Positions 36,845 through 46,714 of a stretch of 64,000 nt of DNA are shown here, piece after piece. This stretch comes from a candidate division WWE3 bacterium (GTDB taxonomy: Bacteria > Patescibacteriota > WWE3 > JAPLWK01), in assembly GCA_026396615.1 (NCBI GenBank), contig JAPLWK010000008.1:75817-139816 (forward strand), in the 5' to 3' direction. The notes beneath the pieces are model-generated. The model saw only the letters and a program-made list of their open reading frames with translations, was not told the origin of the DNA and made no database searches. The stretch's first letter is position 1. The number at the start of each line of letters is the position of its first letter. A program made the translations under genes and the position numbers.

Positions 36845-37177
36845 TTATTCGTAATTAACCACTGAGACTTTAATTGTTTGAGGCTGATAGATTTCGGAAA
36901 TGACAGACTTAAATGTATCGGCGCTAATCGACTCTGGAGAGCTGGTGACGAGATCAAAATGCAAGTAACCCAGTTCCGGCCAGGCATGAATCGCTAAGTG
37001 ACTCTCCGCCAACACGAAGACCTGCGTAAAGCCTTGCGGCTCAAAGGGGTGATTAAATTCTTCGACTACGGTTAAATCTAGTTTTTTAACAAGTTCTCGT
37101 CCAGACTCAGGAGACACGGCTGACGCAGCCGTGTCGAAAGCTTGAGCAACAAGATGATTAATTTTAGGAGGCAGCAT
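36845..37177 (-). CDS. speH: S-adenosylmethionine decarboxylase proenzyme, small class 1 (SpeH/SpeD-type)
   Basis: FTQVFVLAESHLAIHAWPELGYLHFDLVTS contains the ESH-x-x-x-H-x-WPE autoprocessing/pyruvoyl motif. The start was chosen at MLPPKINH, just after the pnp stop. The longer ORF overlapping pnp was rejected. Confidence 0.6.
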   Translation of the reverse strand: MLPPKINHLVAQAFDTAASAVSPESGRELVKKLDLTVVEEFNHPFEPQGFTQVFVLAESHLAIHAWPELGYLHFDLVTSSPESISADTFKSVISEIYQPQTIKVSVVNYE

Positions 37178-39392
37178 AAGGCGATTTCCCACTATCATTA
37201 TGGCCCTGACTGCGCGGTCTAAAAGTCGGCCGAGGGCCGCGATCAAAGGATGGTCGAGGCGGCCGTGGGGCCCGAACTTGCTCCACATACCCTTCAGGCC
37301 GTGGTTCTAAAGCCTTTTTAGAGAGGCTAATTTTACCCTCATCATTCACGCCGACTACCTTGACCTTAAATTTGTCGCCAACTTTAACCTTGTCGTCAAT
37401 CCGATCAATGTACTCGTAGGCGAGTTCCGAGACGTGGACTAAACCTTCTTTACCAGGCAAATATTCCACAAAAGCCCCAAAGTCCATCACTTTTTTAACC
37501 GTAGCGTCAAACTCTTCGCCAATGGTGGCTTCGTGAGTCATCGCCAAGATTTCTTTAATGGCCTGTTCTCCACCTACCGCATCAACGGCCGCTACATACA
37601 CACTACCGTCTTCTTCAACATCAATCGTCGCTCCGGTCCGGGCAATAATGTCGCGGATAGTTTTGCCACCAGGCCCAATCAGCAGACCAATTTGATCGGT
37701 CTTAATTTTTAAGGTCGTAATGCGAGGAGCATGCGCCGACAGTTCAGTTCGCGGGACGCTAATCGTTTCGGCCATTTTATCTAAAATAGTCAAACGGGCC
37801 TTTCGTGACGCCGCGATGATTTCGGACATTTGCTGTAAAGTAAGTCCGTGGCATTTAATGTCCATTTGAATCGCGGTCACGCCTTCTTTGGACCCGGTCA
37901 TTTTAAAGTCCATGAAGCCATAAAAGTCCTCAAAGTTGGCGATGTCGGTTAAGATTTGATACTGGGTTTCGTCTTCATTAAAGACTATCCCAATGGCAAT
38001 CCCGGCAACCGGAGCCTTAATAGGCACCCCGGCATCCATTAGCGACAAGCTGGAACCGCAAGTGGCCGCCATCGATGAAGATCCTTGTTGTGATAGGATT
38101 TCAGAAACCACTCGAATGGCGTATGGAAACTCTTCTTTAGAAGGAATGACCGGAAGGAGTGCCTTTTCCGCCAACATCCCATGCCCAATTTCACGCCTTC
38201 CTGGTGTGCTATTCTTCCCAATTTCGCCCAAAGAGAAAGCTGGACCATTATAATGGTGCATGTAGCGTTTAGTAGTTTCGCCATACATGTTTTCGATCGT
38301 CTGTTCCAGCGACATGCTGCCGAGTGTAGTCACAACTAAGCCTTGGGTTAGTCCCCTCGTGAACAAAGCTGAACCGTGAGTTCGGGGCAGAATACCGATT
38401 GACATCGACAGAGGCCGAATTTCGTCAAAAGCCCGACTGTCTGGACGACGTTTTTCTTCCAGAATTAATTTCCGAGTGGTATATTTCTCAAGTTTTGCGA
38501 GTGCTTTGTTCATTTCCACTTTGGAAAACTTGCCCTCAAACTTTTCGTAAACTTTAGTGGCTAATGCCAAAGTCTGGTCGGCACGGTCTAAGTAAGTAGA
38601 ACAAATGATGTTAACCACATCATTTTTAGCAAAAGCTTCAACCGCCTCGTAAACTTCGTGATCAACATCTCGTGAAACGTAACTAATGATGTTCTGCTTA
38701 CAAGCTTTGGCAAAGTCGTCAACGAACGTTAGGAGTGGTTGGGTGGCCTCAAAACCAAACTTAATGGCCGCGAGGACCTTTTCCTCGGGAACCAGGTTCG
38801 CTCCCATTTCCATAGCGACGACCTTATCACTCGATGACGTCATGACGAGGTTAAGATCTAACTTTTCGAATTGGTTCTCACCGGGATTCAAAATAAACTC
38901 ACCATTAATCATTCCCACTCGCACGGTAGACAGCGGACCGGCCCAGGGCACGTTAGAAGCATGAAGGACAGTACTAGCCGCTAAAAGAGCTAGAGTTTCA
39001 ACGTCACCATCGTGTTCAACGGAGAGTGGTGTGACCACAAGATGAGTATCATTTAAAAAGTCTTTAGGGAAACGGGGCCGCACCGCATGGTCGATTAAAC
39101 GACCGGTAATAATCGCTTCGTCAGAAGGCCGGCCTTCACGCTTTTGAAACCGAGAGTTTTTAATGTAGCCACCGGCGTACAAGCGTTCCTCAAAGTCAAC
39201 TTTAAGCGGAAAAAAATCGGTTTCCATTTTGGGCTCGTTGCAAACCACGGTGGCTAAAACGACAGTGTCGCCGTAGCGGGCCAGCACGGCCATGTTAGTT
39301 TGGAAAGCCAGATCTCCGGCTTCCAAAACGAGTTTTTTACCTGCGAATTCGGTCTCTTTCTTAACGGAATGGGTCATCATAGATTTTGGCAA
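37164..39392 (-). CDS. pnp: polynucleotide phosphorylase (PNPase)
   Basis: Two RNase PH domains followed by KH (GPGGKTIRDI) and S1 (FGAFVEYLPGKEGLVHVSEL) domains. 742 aa. Confidence 0.9.
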   Translation of the reverse strand: MPKSMMTHSVKKETEFAGKKLVLEAGDLAFQTNMAVLARYGDTVVLATVVCNEPKMETDFFPLKVDFEERLYAGGYIKNSRFQKREGRPSDEAIITGRLIDHAVRPRFPKDFLNDTHLVVTPLSVEHDGDVETLALLAASTVLHASNVPWAGPLSTVRVGMINGEFILNPGENQFEKLDLNLVMTSSSDKVVAMEMGANLVPEEKVLAAIKFGFEATQPLLTFVDDFAKACKQNIISYVSRDVDHEVYEAVEAFAKNDVVNIICSTYLDRADQTLALATKVYEKFEGKFSKVEMNKALAKLEKYTTRKLILEEKRRPDSRAFDEIRPLSMSIGILPRTHGSALFTRGLTQGLVVTTLGSMSLEQTIENMYGETTKRYMHHYNGPAFSLGEIGKNSTPGRREIGHGMLAEKALLPVIPSKEEFPYAIRVVSEILSQQGSSSMAATCGSSLSLMDAGVPIKAPVAGIAIGIVFNEDETQYQILTDIANFEDFYGFMDFKMTGSKEGVTAIQMDIKCHGLTLQQMSEIIAASRKARLTILDKMAETISVPRTELSAHAPRITTLKIKTDQIGLLIGPGGKTIRDIIARTGATIDVEEDGSVYVAAVDAVGGEQAIKEILAMTHEATIGEEFDATVKKVMDFGAFVEYLPGKEGLVHVSELAYEYIDRIDDKVKVGDKFKVKVVGVNDEGKISLSKKALEPRPEGYVEQVRAPRPPRPSFDRGPRPTFRPRSQGHNDSGKSPYAAS

Positions 39393-39514
39393 AGAAGAGG
39401 TTCTTGGAGTAAATTATTCTAACTGGTCTCAATCAAACACGTTTGGTTGACTGGGGTTAATTAGATTAATTTAGCCAAAACCTCCCTTTGAGTAATAAAT
39501 AAAAACGGTTAAAC

Positions 39515-39781
39515 CTATTTTTTAATTCCCAATTTTTTAATCAGTTCTTTATAGCGTTTTTCGTCTTTCGTTTGAATATATGCGAGGAGACGACGACGTT
39601 TGCTAACCATTTGCAGAAGTCCTCGGCGAGAATGATTATCTTTCTTATGGATCTTTAAATGCTCGGAAAGTTCTTCCATTCTCTTGGAAATCAAAGCAAT
39701 CTGCACTTCCGGAGAGCCGGTATCACCTTTATGAGTGGTGTAAGTTTGGATGACTTCAATTTTAACTTCTTTAGTAAGCAT
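39515..39781 (-). CDS. rpsO: 30S ribosomal protein S15
   Basis: [48 protein letters not shown] is the S15 signature. Confidence 0.9.
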   Translation of the reverse strand: MLTKEVKIEVIQTYTTHKGDTGSPEVQIALISKRMEELSEHLKIHKKDNHSRRGLLQMVSKRRRLLAYIQTKDEKRYKELIKKLGIKK

Positions 39782-39828
39782 CGAGGGCCATTCTAGCAAA
39801 TCTTCCCAAAAACCGCAACAGGGGCGTT

Positions 39829-40500
39829 TTAAGCGTTTTTAAGTGCTAAAGTTAAGCCCAAAGCCAAAAACTTGGCAGCACTGGGAGTAGGACGCCAATT
39901 CCACTGCGAAAGCTTTATAAACAGCATTTCGCATAAGCTTTTAGATTGGTCATCAATGACATCAATCGTTCCAAAGCGACTGTTTTCGAGGTGCCAATCT
40001 AAATTTAAAACAGCGCTGGTTTCAAATTCTCGGCGGTTCTGCTCAAAGAAGTTTCCTAGGTCCGCAAGCCTTCGGGCCCCGAGGATGATCAGCAAATCAA
40101 GGCGCCGTTGCTGCAGGTTTGACTTGATAGCCAAAGGATCGAAGTTACGAGGTAGCGGATGAATCGAAATATTAAAAGCCTTGCCCTCAGCCCAGTAACT
40201 TAATTTCTCCACTTTTTTACCACCGGTATCCAAGGTTAAAACTAAAGTACTTTCGGTAAGATGATCCGAGATTTCCGAGGCTTCCGGCATCGCTTTTATT
40301 TCCTCGGGAAGCGGGCCGGGAAAGGAAACAGCCACCATTTTTCCCTGTGACAGGAGTAAGTCCCGTAGGGCTAAAGCGGCGTACAGACCATCAAGACCAG
40401 CGTTTGGTGAAGCCACAATGGCCACGCTTTGAGTTTCAGCGATAAGGGTTTTTAGTTGATTGTTCTCGGTGTCGGAAGTCATAACCAAAAAACCTGCCAT
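39829..40500 (-). CDS. hypothetical protein, degenerate DHH (NrnA-like) phosphoesterase fold occupying the rbfA/truB position
   Basis: [24 protein letters not shown] resembles DHH motif I but lacks DGD. Motif III is LDWH rather than DHH. Confidence 0.25.
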   Translation of the reverse strand: MAGFLVMTSDTENNQLKTLIAETQSVAIVASPNAGLDGLYAALALRDLLLSQGKMVAVSFPGPLPEEIKAMPEASEISDHLTESTLVLTLDTGGKKVEKLSYWAEGKAFNISIHPLPRNFDPLAIKSNLQQRRLDLLIILGARRLADLGNFFEQNRREFETSAVLNLDWHLENSRFGTIDVIDDQSKSLCEMLFIKLSQWNWRPTPSAAKFLALGLTLALKNA

Positions 40501-40561
40501 AGAGCAGGGTTGTAATGTATATTATAGGACATTCAGAGGAGGTTGTCAACGTCTTAACTTT

Positions 40562-40593
40562 GTCATTCCGGGCTTGACCCGGAATCCAGTAAA
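40562..40593 (+). repeat. hairpin repeat type A, solo copy, followed by a CCAAT-rich imperfect palindrome (40594-40725)
   Basis: gtcattccgggcttgacccggaatccagtaaat. Downstream arms AATTACCAAT..CCAATCAATT / AATTGATTGG..ATTGGTAATT. Confidence 0.75.
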
Positions 40594-40738
40594 TCAAATT
40601 ACCAATTTACAATTACCAATAACCAATCAATTTCCGAATTTTTTAATGACCAAATAATTAATCGTTAACTCATTGGTAATTGATTGAAAATTGGTCATTG
40701 GTAATTGGTAATTCTGTGACGCAAGTTATGGTAACAGA

Positions 40739-42205
40739 CTAAACTATCTCCAACAGGTCGCCTTTTTTTAGATCTGAGAACTGGGGATGCAATAAAATGC
40801 CACACTCTTTACCGGCGGTGATGATACTGGCTTCGGTTTTACCTTCTTTTAGAGATTTAATGCGACCGTTATAAATAGCCTCGGGCACGTCGCCGCGAGT
40901 TATTTTAACTTTTTCGCCAACTTTTAAGCGCCCCTTAGTAACTTTAGAACCGGCAATAACGTCACCGGAAGGCAGTGGAAACAGCGCAATTACTTCGGCC
41001 CGGCCGCGAGCCATATCGGTATCCACTATCGCTAAACCTGACAGAATCTTTTCAATATCTTCCAGCATTTCGTAAATAATAGTGTAATTCTTAACACTCA
41101 CGTGCAGATCGGCCGATTGGCGAATGGTATCATCAGTAGTTTTAACGTTAAAAGTTACTATTAAAGCGTTGCCGGCCCGGGCCATTTGCAAATCAGAGTC
41201 GTTAATAGGGCCGATGCCGCTGTGCAGAATCACGATGCATCGATCTTCTTTCTCCAACTTCTTAAAAGATCCCAGAATTGCTTCTAAGGTCCCTTGGGTG
41301 TCACTTTTGAGAAGTAAGTTTAGCATTAAAATCCCGTCTTGAGTTGTAACAACCGGTTGAGGCTTGTTGGAAATGACTGGAGCGGCGACAGCAACACTGG
41401 TTATGACCGCCCCTAAGGCTGGCAGAGTGCTTAGGCCCAAGATGACCGCCGGATCTCCAGGCTTAACCTCCGTCAGGTTTTGACCGTGATCGTCAAGTAA
41501 AGCCCGCACTTTTTCCTCTTTTTCACCCAAATAAACCTTGTCACTAACCTTTAAAGTCCCTTCACGAACGATAATAGAAGCTAAAGGGCCTTTGCGAGGA
41601 TCAAGGCGGGATTCGATGACGGAAGCATTAAGCGGCGCTTCGGGTTTAAATGGTAATTCTGCCATTTCGGCGACTAGCAGAATAAGGTCAAGTAGTTCCG
41701 GCAGTCCTTCACCGGTTTTAGCGCTCACGGGGACGGAAACCACGTCGCCACCCCAAGATTCCAGCTGAATTCCACTGCTTGATAGGTCCTGAGTGACTTT
41801 ATTAAGATTCTCGCGAGCGCCTGGCAGATCAATTTTGTTGAGGGCTACGATGATCGGAACGCCGGCCGCTTTAGCGTGACTAATTGCTTCGATGGTTTGC
41901 GGTTGCACAGATTCCGAGGCCGCGACGACTAAGATGATAATATCGGCCACTTTTCCACCCCGAGAACGCATTTCAGAAAAGGCGGCGTGTCCCGGGGTAT
42001 CAATAAAAGTTAACTTTTTATCCTTGTAAGTGATTTGGTAGGCGGCGGTGTGCTGGGTAATTCCCCCAAATTCGCTGTCAACTACGTTAGTTTTGCGGAT
42101 TGCATCAAGCAGCGAGGTCTTACCGTGATCGACGTGACCCATGATGGTCACCACCGGCGGTTTAAATTGCTGTAAGTTTTTCTCTAAAGGCTTTTTCGAT
42201 GTCAT
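40739..42205 (-). CDS. infB: translation initiation factor IF-2 (short form, no N-terminal extension)
   Basis: VVTIMGHVDHGKTSLLDAIR (G1), DTPGHAAF (G3), NKID (G4). 488 aa. Confidence 0.9.
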   Translation of the reverse strand: MTSKKPLEKNLQQFKPPVVTIMGHVDHGKTSLLDAIRKTNVVDSEFGGITQHTAAYQITYKDKKLTFIDTPGHAAFSEMRSRGGKVADIIILVVAASESVQPQTIEAISHAKAAGVPIIVALNKIDLPGARENLNKVTQDLSSSGIQLESWGGDVVSVPVSAKTGEGLPELLDLILLVAEMAELPFKPEAPLNASVIESRLDPRKGPLASIIVREGTLKVSDKVYLGEKEEKVRALLDDHGQNLTEVKPGDPAVILGLSTLPALGAVITSVAVAAPVISNKPQPVVTTQDGILMLNLLLKSDTQGTLEAILGSFKKLEKEDRCIVILHSGIGPINDSDLQMARAGNALIVTFNVKTTDDTIRQSADLHVSVKNYTIIYEMLEDIEKILSGLAIVDTDMARGRAEVIALFPLPSGDVIAGSKVTKGRLKVGEKVKITRGDVPEAIYNGRIKSLKEGKTEASIITAGKECGILLHPQFSDLKKGDLLEIV

Positions 42206-42392
42206 TTTTTTCTATTTCCGTAACTTTGCGCCGAAGAGCGCGATTTAAAGCATTTTTCTTAATAGCCACTTCCCAGCATTTATCGTCAAAGTGTAAATAA
42301 CCATGTCGACCCGTCCCAAATTTAAAAAGGCTCTTTTGTTGAGCCTTGCCAAAACATCCCACGCAAGTGCGAGTTTGTGGTGGCTTACTCAT
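42162..42392 (-). CDS. ylxR: YlxR/RnpM-family (DUF448) RNA-binding protein
   Basis: RTCVGCFGK...L.RAL matches the DUF448 pattern. Position between nusA and infB. The likely start is MSKPPQTR. Confidence 0.55.
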   Translation of the reverse strand: MSKPPQTRTCVGCFGKAQQKSLFKFGTGRHGYLHFDDKCWEVAIKKNALNRALRRKVTEIEKNDIEKAFREKLTAI

Positions 42393-43536
42393 AAAGCTTG
42401 GCGATTTCGGTAATGGCTTTGGGGCCAACGCCTTTTAATTCTTTAACTTCATCCAAAGTCTTCGCCTTCAGTTCTTCTAATGACGTGATACCAGCGGCCT
42501 TGAGGGATGACACTGTTCTGGTCGACAACCCGGCGTCTTTGAGGCTACCCCCAGTGTCTGACTTGGAGATCGATTCGATCGGTTTTGACATTTCGGCTGA
42601 CTGAGCGGGAGTTTTAATATCAATCTTCCAACCGGTCAGTTTAGCTGCCAAGCGAACGTTTTGACCTTCTTTGCCAATCGCTAACGACAGTTGATCTTCC
42701 GGTACGAGCACTCGGGCCTCTTTAGCAGATTTGTTAAGAATAACGTCTAAAACTTTGGCCGGCGACAAAGAAGCGGCGATGAATTTATCGGTATTATCGT
42801 TGTAAGCCACGATATCAATCTTTTCGGTCCCTAACTCCGCAATGACGGCCTGGACTCGAGTCCCTTTTTGACCAACGCAACTGCCAATCGGATCAACATT
42901 TTCTTCAGTCGAAGAGACGGCAATTTTAGTGCGGCTGCCAGGCTCGCGGCTAATAGCTTCGATTTTGACCGTATCAGAAGCAATCTCTGGCACTTCCAAA
43001 GCAAATAATTCTTTTACAAATTTAGGATCGCTTCGGGAAACTATAATTTCCGGGCCCCTGGCCCCTTCGCGAATTTCTTTAATTAAAACCCGAGTTCGTA
43101 AATTAAGTTGCAAGTTTTCGGTCGGAATCTGCTCCGCTCCCGGCATTAGTCCTTGGACTTTTCCAAGGTTAATAACGGCTAAACCGCGCTCTAAACGGAA
43201 GACGTGACCGGAAGCAATAGTACCGATCTTACCGGTGTACTCTTTAATAATGGCTTCTTTTTCACTTTCCCGAATCTTTTGAAGAATCACTTGTTTGGCT
43301 GTTTGAGCGGCAATGCGGCCAAAACCGGCGGGAGTAACGTCTTCTCCGGCATTATAGACCCGCAATTCTCCGGTTAAGCCATCAACCGCGGCCGTAATAG
43401 TTTCTTCAGTCCCTCCAAAATCCCGCATATAAGCGGCCACAATCGCGGTTTTTATAGTGTCTAACACAGCCTCTTCGGAGAGTCCTCGTTCACTACAAAC
43501 TTGTTTTAGAGCGGCAGAAAATTCAGTAATAGCCAT
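42385..43536 (-). CDS. nusA: transcription termination/antitermination factor NusA
   Basis: N-terminal domain, S1 domain and two KH domains (GPGSRTKIAV, IGKEGQNVRLAAKLTGWKIDI). C-terminal HhH. Confidence 0.9.
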   Translation of the reverse strand: MAITEFSAALKQVCSERGLSEEAVLDTIKTAIVAAYMRDFGGTEETITAAVDGLTGELRVYNAGEDVTPAGFGRIAAQTAKQVILQKIRESEKEAIIKEYTGKIGTIASGHVFRLERGLAVINLGKVQGLMPGAEQIPTENLQLNLRTRVLIKEIREGARGPEIIVSRSDPKFVKELFALEVPEIASDTVKIEAISREPGSRTKIAVSSTEENVDPIGSCVGQKGTRVQAVIAELGTEKIDIVAYNDNTDKFIAASLSPAKVLDVILNKSAKEARVLVPEDQLSLAIGKEGQNVRLAAKLTGWKIDIKTPAQSAEMSKPIESISKSDTGGSLKDAGLSTRTVSSLKAAGITSLEELKAKTLDEVKELKGVGPKAITEIAKLYE

Positions 43537-43580
43537 AAGGGCTTCAGAATAGCGCAGAATCGGGATTATGGCAAGTGTTC

Positions 43581-43716
43581 GATTAGTTAGTTATCAGTTC
43601 TCGGTTGTCTGTTGTCAGCATTTAGTTAATCGGTTTTCAGTTTGTCGGTCTAAATAACCGGTAAACAGAAAACTGGCAAACTAATATCTGAAAACCGAAA
43701 ACTGAGAACCGAAAAC
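43581..43716. repeat. family-2 palindromic element (about 135 bp), second copy. It is internally inverted-repeat with short direct repeats (CGGTTGTC, AAAACCGAAAACTGAGAACCGAAAAC)
   Basis: About 80% identical to 30787-30920. It sits upstream of the nusA start. Confidence 0.6.
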
Positions 43717-43745
43717 TAAAAATTAAGGGCCCTCAGGCCCTTAAA

Positions 43746-45128
43746 TCATTTCTTACCCGCCGGCTTCGCAGGCTTCCCCGGGCTCCACCCACCACCCACC
43801 TGCAAAGCGGCTTCTATCTTCTGAGGAATAGATCTGGCAGTCCACACAAACCATAGTCCAATCACCCAATTAAAAATTAATCCTAAAAAAGCAAAAGGTG
43901 TTGAATTTAAGTCGCCTACAATCTGATTTATCATAATTGTAGGCCCTTTTATTAAAATGTTGGTTCCCAGGGATACAAAAAGCCACATAGCAGGTATGGC
44001 AAGAACATTACCAATTAGGGACTTAAACCAACTGGTGATCATTTCGTCTTTTCCCGGAAGAGCGCCTACCAAAAACTGCAGCGGAGCAAAGATTGTCATC
44101 AGCATTATCCTACCAAACCTTGTAAAATAGCTTATTCCAACAGCAATTAAAGCTAAGATATAAGTTACGACTAAAACTAAAAGGAGGCATAATACAAAAA
44201 GCGCAACACCAGTTCCAACACCAGAAGCTCCAGCAGCGGATAAAGCAACCACGCCCAGGGCGGAAACGACAAGTTGAACGAGAACATCTACCATATCTGG
44301 TTGAGAAAAAACGCCACCGACAACTAATTTACCAACAAAATCTCCTAAGACTGGAATTAATTTTATAGCGAAACCAGCGATTGGGTAACTAAAAGTTATT
44401 AGTAGTAAACAAACAACAACTTTTGGTAAAGCGTCCTGAACCGTAATTACCGTTTGCGGTTTAATCTCGTGTCGAAACATCACCATGAAACCGAAGGCCA
44501 CTAGAATAATCACAAATAGTAGGTAGGCTAAATTTCTGAATGCCTTCCATAAATCAAGCACCGTGGTGCCAAAAATACCATCTGCAAGAGTACCCGCAGC
44601 ATAGGCACTTTGGGGAACTAATGGCGAATCTCTCTTAATGTCATTAATATATAAAGCTAAGTTTACCGGCAGTAAATCGACTCGTTTCGGTGCTTCGGAG
44701 GTTACAGCATAAGTCACGCCTAAAAGACTAGGAGGCATAACTTGTGAAGACTGAGGTTTCATATTTGTAAGCGGAGAATTCGTAAGGCATTTTCTTACCT
44801 CAACCGTGGCAGACGCGCGATCTTTAGAAGCAGCCGTTACCTCACTCATATCACAATTACCAAAAATTAGCGTCTGAGAAGCCGCGTTTACCCCAGCCAC
44901 GGCTAAATTACTGGTCCATTTGTCCATATCTGTTGCCAAATGCCTTAAATCATTAAGAGATTTTAAACCTACAGTAGTTAGAGCAAAGTCTAGTACATCT
45001 GCTTTAACAGGTTTAGCTAAAATAAAAGAGCCAATGCTGAAAGTGCTAATGAGGATTAAAAGGATTAAAGATAGAGACAAACGAGATTTCATAATGTTTA
45101 TGCTACAGAGTACGTTGACCGTAGTCAA
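43746..45128 (-). CDS. polytopic membrane protein with signal peptide and a 200-aa N-terminal ectodomain (VirB6/TrbL-like topology, speculative)
   Basis: Signal peptide, then at least 6 TM helices. C-terminal Lys/Pro tail. Confidence 0.3.
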   Translation of the reverse strand: MTTVNVLCSINIMKSRLSLSLILLILISTFSIGSFILAKPVKADVLDFALTTVGLKSLNDLRHLATDMDKWTSNLAVAGVNAASQTLIFGNCDMSEVTAASKDRASATVEVRKCLTNSPLTNMKPQSSQVMPPSLLGVTYAVTSEAPKRVDLLPVNLALYINDIKRDSPLVPQSAYAAGTLADGIFGTTVLDLWKAFRNLAYLLFVIILVAFGFMVMFRHEIKPQTVITVQDALPKVVVCLLLITFSYPIAGFAIKLIPVLGDFVGKLVVGGVFSQPDMVDVLVQLVVSALGVVALSAAGASGVGTGVALFVLCLLLVLVVTYILALIAVGISYFTRFGRIMLMTIFAPLQFLVGALPGKDEMITSWFKSLIGNVLAIPAMWLFVSLGTNILIKGPTIMINQIVGDLNSTPFAFLGLIFNWVIGLWFVWTARSIPQKIEAALQVGGGWSPGKPAKPAGKK

Positions 45129-45144
45129 GAATTACCAGATCTAT

Positions 45145-46284
45145 TTATGACGCCACTTTAACCGGCATTATTAGGTGTAGATAGTCAACTCGATCATCGA
45201 GGCGCCAGAGGCCTGGAGCGAGGGCCCCGGTGGTTTCTAAAATGATATTGTCACCACTAGTGTTGTTCATTAAATCTAGAAGATATTTGCCATTAAAAGA
45301 GATGATCAGATCGTCGCCGCTAATGGTTGCTGGAATAGCCACGGTGCTTTCCCCAACTTCGGCGGTAATCGCCGACAAAGTAATTTGGCTTTTACTCCCG
45401 TCTAATTGGACTTTAATAATATTGCTGGCATCGCGAGCAAAAATGCTACTTAAGCGAGCCGCTTTTAAGAATTCCTCTTTACTAAAAGTGCTCTTGGTTT
45501 TAAAGTCTTTGGGAATAATTCGCAAATAATCCGGAAACTCGCCTTCGAGAAGCCTCGTAATAATTAAGAAGTTTTCTCCCGAAAAAGCGGCTAAATTTCC
45601 CTCACGCTCAATCGAAATTGATAAAGGTGAAGTGCCGGAACCAACCAAACGAGCGACTTCCAAAAGAGCTTTAGCCGAAATAACCACCGGTTCTAAAGTT
45701 ATTGGCTCAGGAAGCGAAAGACGACGCTCCGCGAGTCGAAAGCCATCAACGCCGACCAGAACCAAATCGTTACCCTCAGCTTTAAGAAGAATACCGCCCA
45801 GAATGGGCCGAGCGTCGTCAGAGGAAGCCGCAAAAACGACTTCGGAAACCGCTTTGGCAAAGGCTTTAGGATCAATGGTTAAGGAAAGGTCAGCCGGAAC
45901 GGCCGGCAGACTGGGAAACTCTTCAGCGGAGAGGCCGTTAAATTTGGACTTACCGGCGGCCGTTTTTAAATAGAAAATTTCTTTTTCCAAAAAGGCTTCT
46001 ATTTCTGTCGCTGGTAAATTACTAACCACCTCAGAGATAAGACGAGCCGGCACCGAAATAGCCCCCGCTTCGGTAATAGTAGCTGGGATCCAAGTGATAA
46101 TGCTGGTTTCAAGATTGGTGGCGGAGAGTTTAAGGCGGCCATTGTCCTCGGTCGTGATTAAGACGTGACTAAGGACTGGCAGACTGCCTTTAGTAGCCAC
46201 CGCTTTGCTAACAGTCGATAATCCTTCCCGTAAATTTTCTTGGAGGCAGGTAAATTTCACTCTATTTGACCACAGAAACGACAA
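45145..46284 (-). CDS. dnaN: DNA polymerase III beta subunit (sliding clamp)
   Basis: MKFTCLQENLREGLSTVSKAVATKGSLPVLSHVLI is the DnaN N-terminus. About 370 aa, three-domain length. Confidence 0.85.
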   Translation of the reverse strand: MSFLWSNRVKFTCLQENLREGLSTVSKAVATKGSLPVLSHVLITTEDNGRLKLSATNLETSIITWIPATITEAGAISVPARLISEVVSNLPATEIEAFLEKEIFYLKTAAGKSKFNGLSAEEFPSLPAVPADLSLTIDPKAFAKAVSEVVFAASSDDARPILGGILLKAEGNDLVLVGVDGFRLAERRLSLPEPITLEPVVISAKALLEVARLVGSGTSPLSISIEREGNLAAFSGENFLIITRLLEGEFPDYLRIIPKDFKTKSTFSKEEFLKAARLSSIFARDASNIIKVQLDGSKSQITLSAITAEVGESTVAIPATISGDDLIISFNGKYLLDLMNNTSGDNIILETTGALAPGLWRLDDRVDYLHLIMPVKVAS

Positions 46285-46714
46285 TGTGTCTCTCGTAACC
46301 TTCGCCGGCAGATTCGGATTTCATCCCAGGCATTGTGCCAATGACAGTATGAATTAAACGTCTTTCGAAAGGCGGCATCGGCGGTAAATCAATGGCTTTA
46401 TCTAAAAAGCGGGCTCGGTCGCAGGCATTGGTCGCAATCTCTCGCAGTCTGGCTTCGCGCTCTGAAGCATAGCCCGAAATATCTAACCTTAAATCAACCC
46501 ATTCGCCATACTTATTGTATAAAGCCAAAGCCAACCAGGTTTGCAAAGAAGCTAAAGTTTCGCCGTGATAACCAATCAGTATCCCGAGATTCTCTCCGTC
46601 GAGTGACACCCCAAGTGTTCCTTCAACCTCAGTGACAGAGACTTTGGCTGGCATCGCCAGTTTCTCAATTAGTTCGGTAGTTAAGTTTTGTAAAGTTTCA
46701 ATTTTTTCCGGCAT
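46262..46714 (-). CDS. jag: Jag/KhpB (KH + R3H domain RNA-binding protein)
   Basis: Positioned next to yidC. LIGYHGETLASLQ (KH) and ERRLIHTVI (R3H). Confidence 0.65.
   Translation of the reverse strand: MPEKIETLQNLTTELIEKLAMPAKVSVTEVEGTLGVSLDGENLGILIGYHGETLASLQTWLALALYNKYGEWVDLRLDISGYASEREARLREIATNACDRARFLDKAIDLPPMPPFERRLIHTVIGTMPGMKSESAGEGYERHIVVSVVK

Noticed and set aside
37178-37288. Upstream part of the speH ORF overlapping pnp by 125 nt
   Set aside because: It overlaps the well-supported pnp C-terminus in another frame. The AdoMetDC homology starts after the internal Met.
40460-40657. 65-aa ORF on plus strand
   Set aside because: Spans hairpin repeat copy 40562-40593 (VIPGLTRNPV is repeat-encoded). 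It is antisense to the DHH-like gene start.
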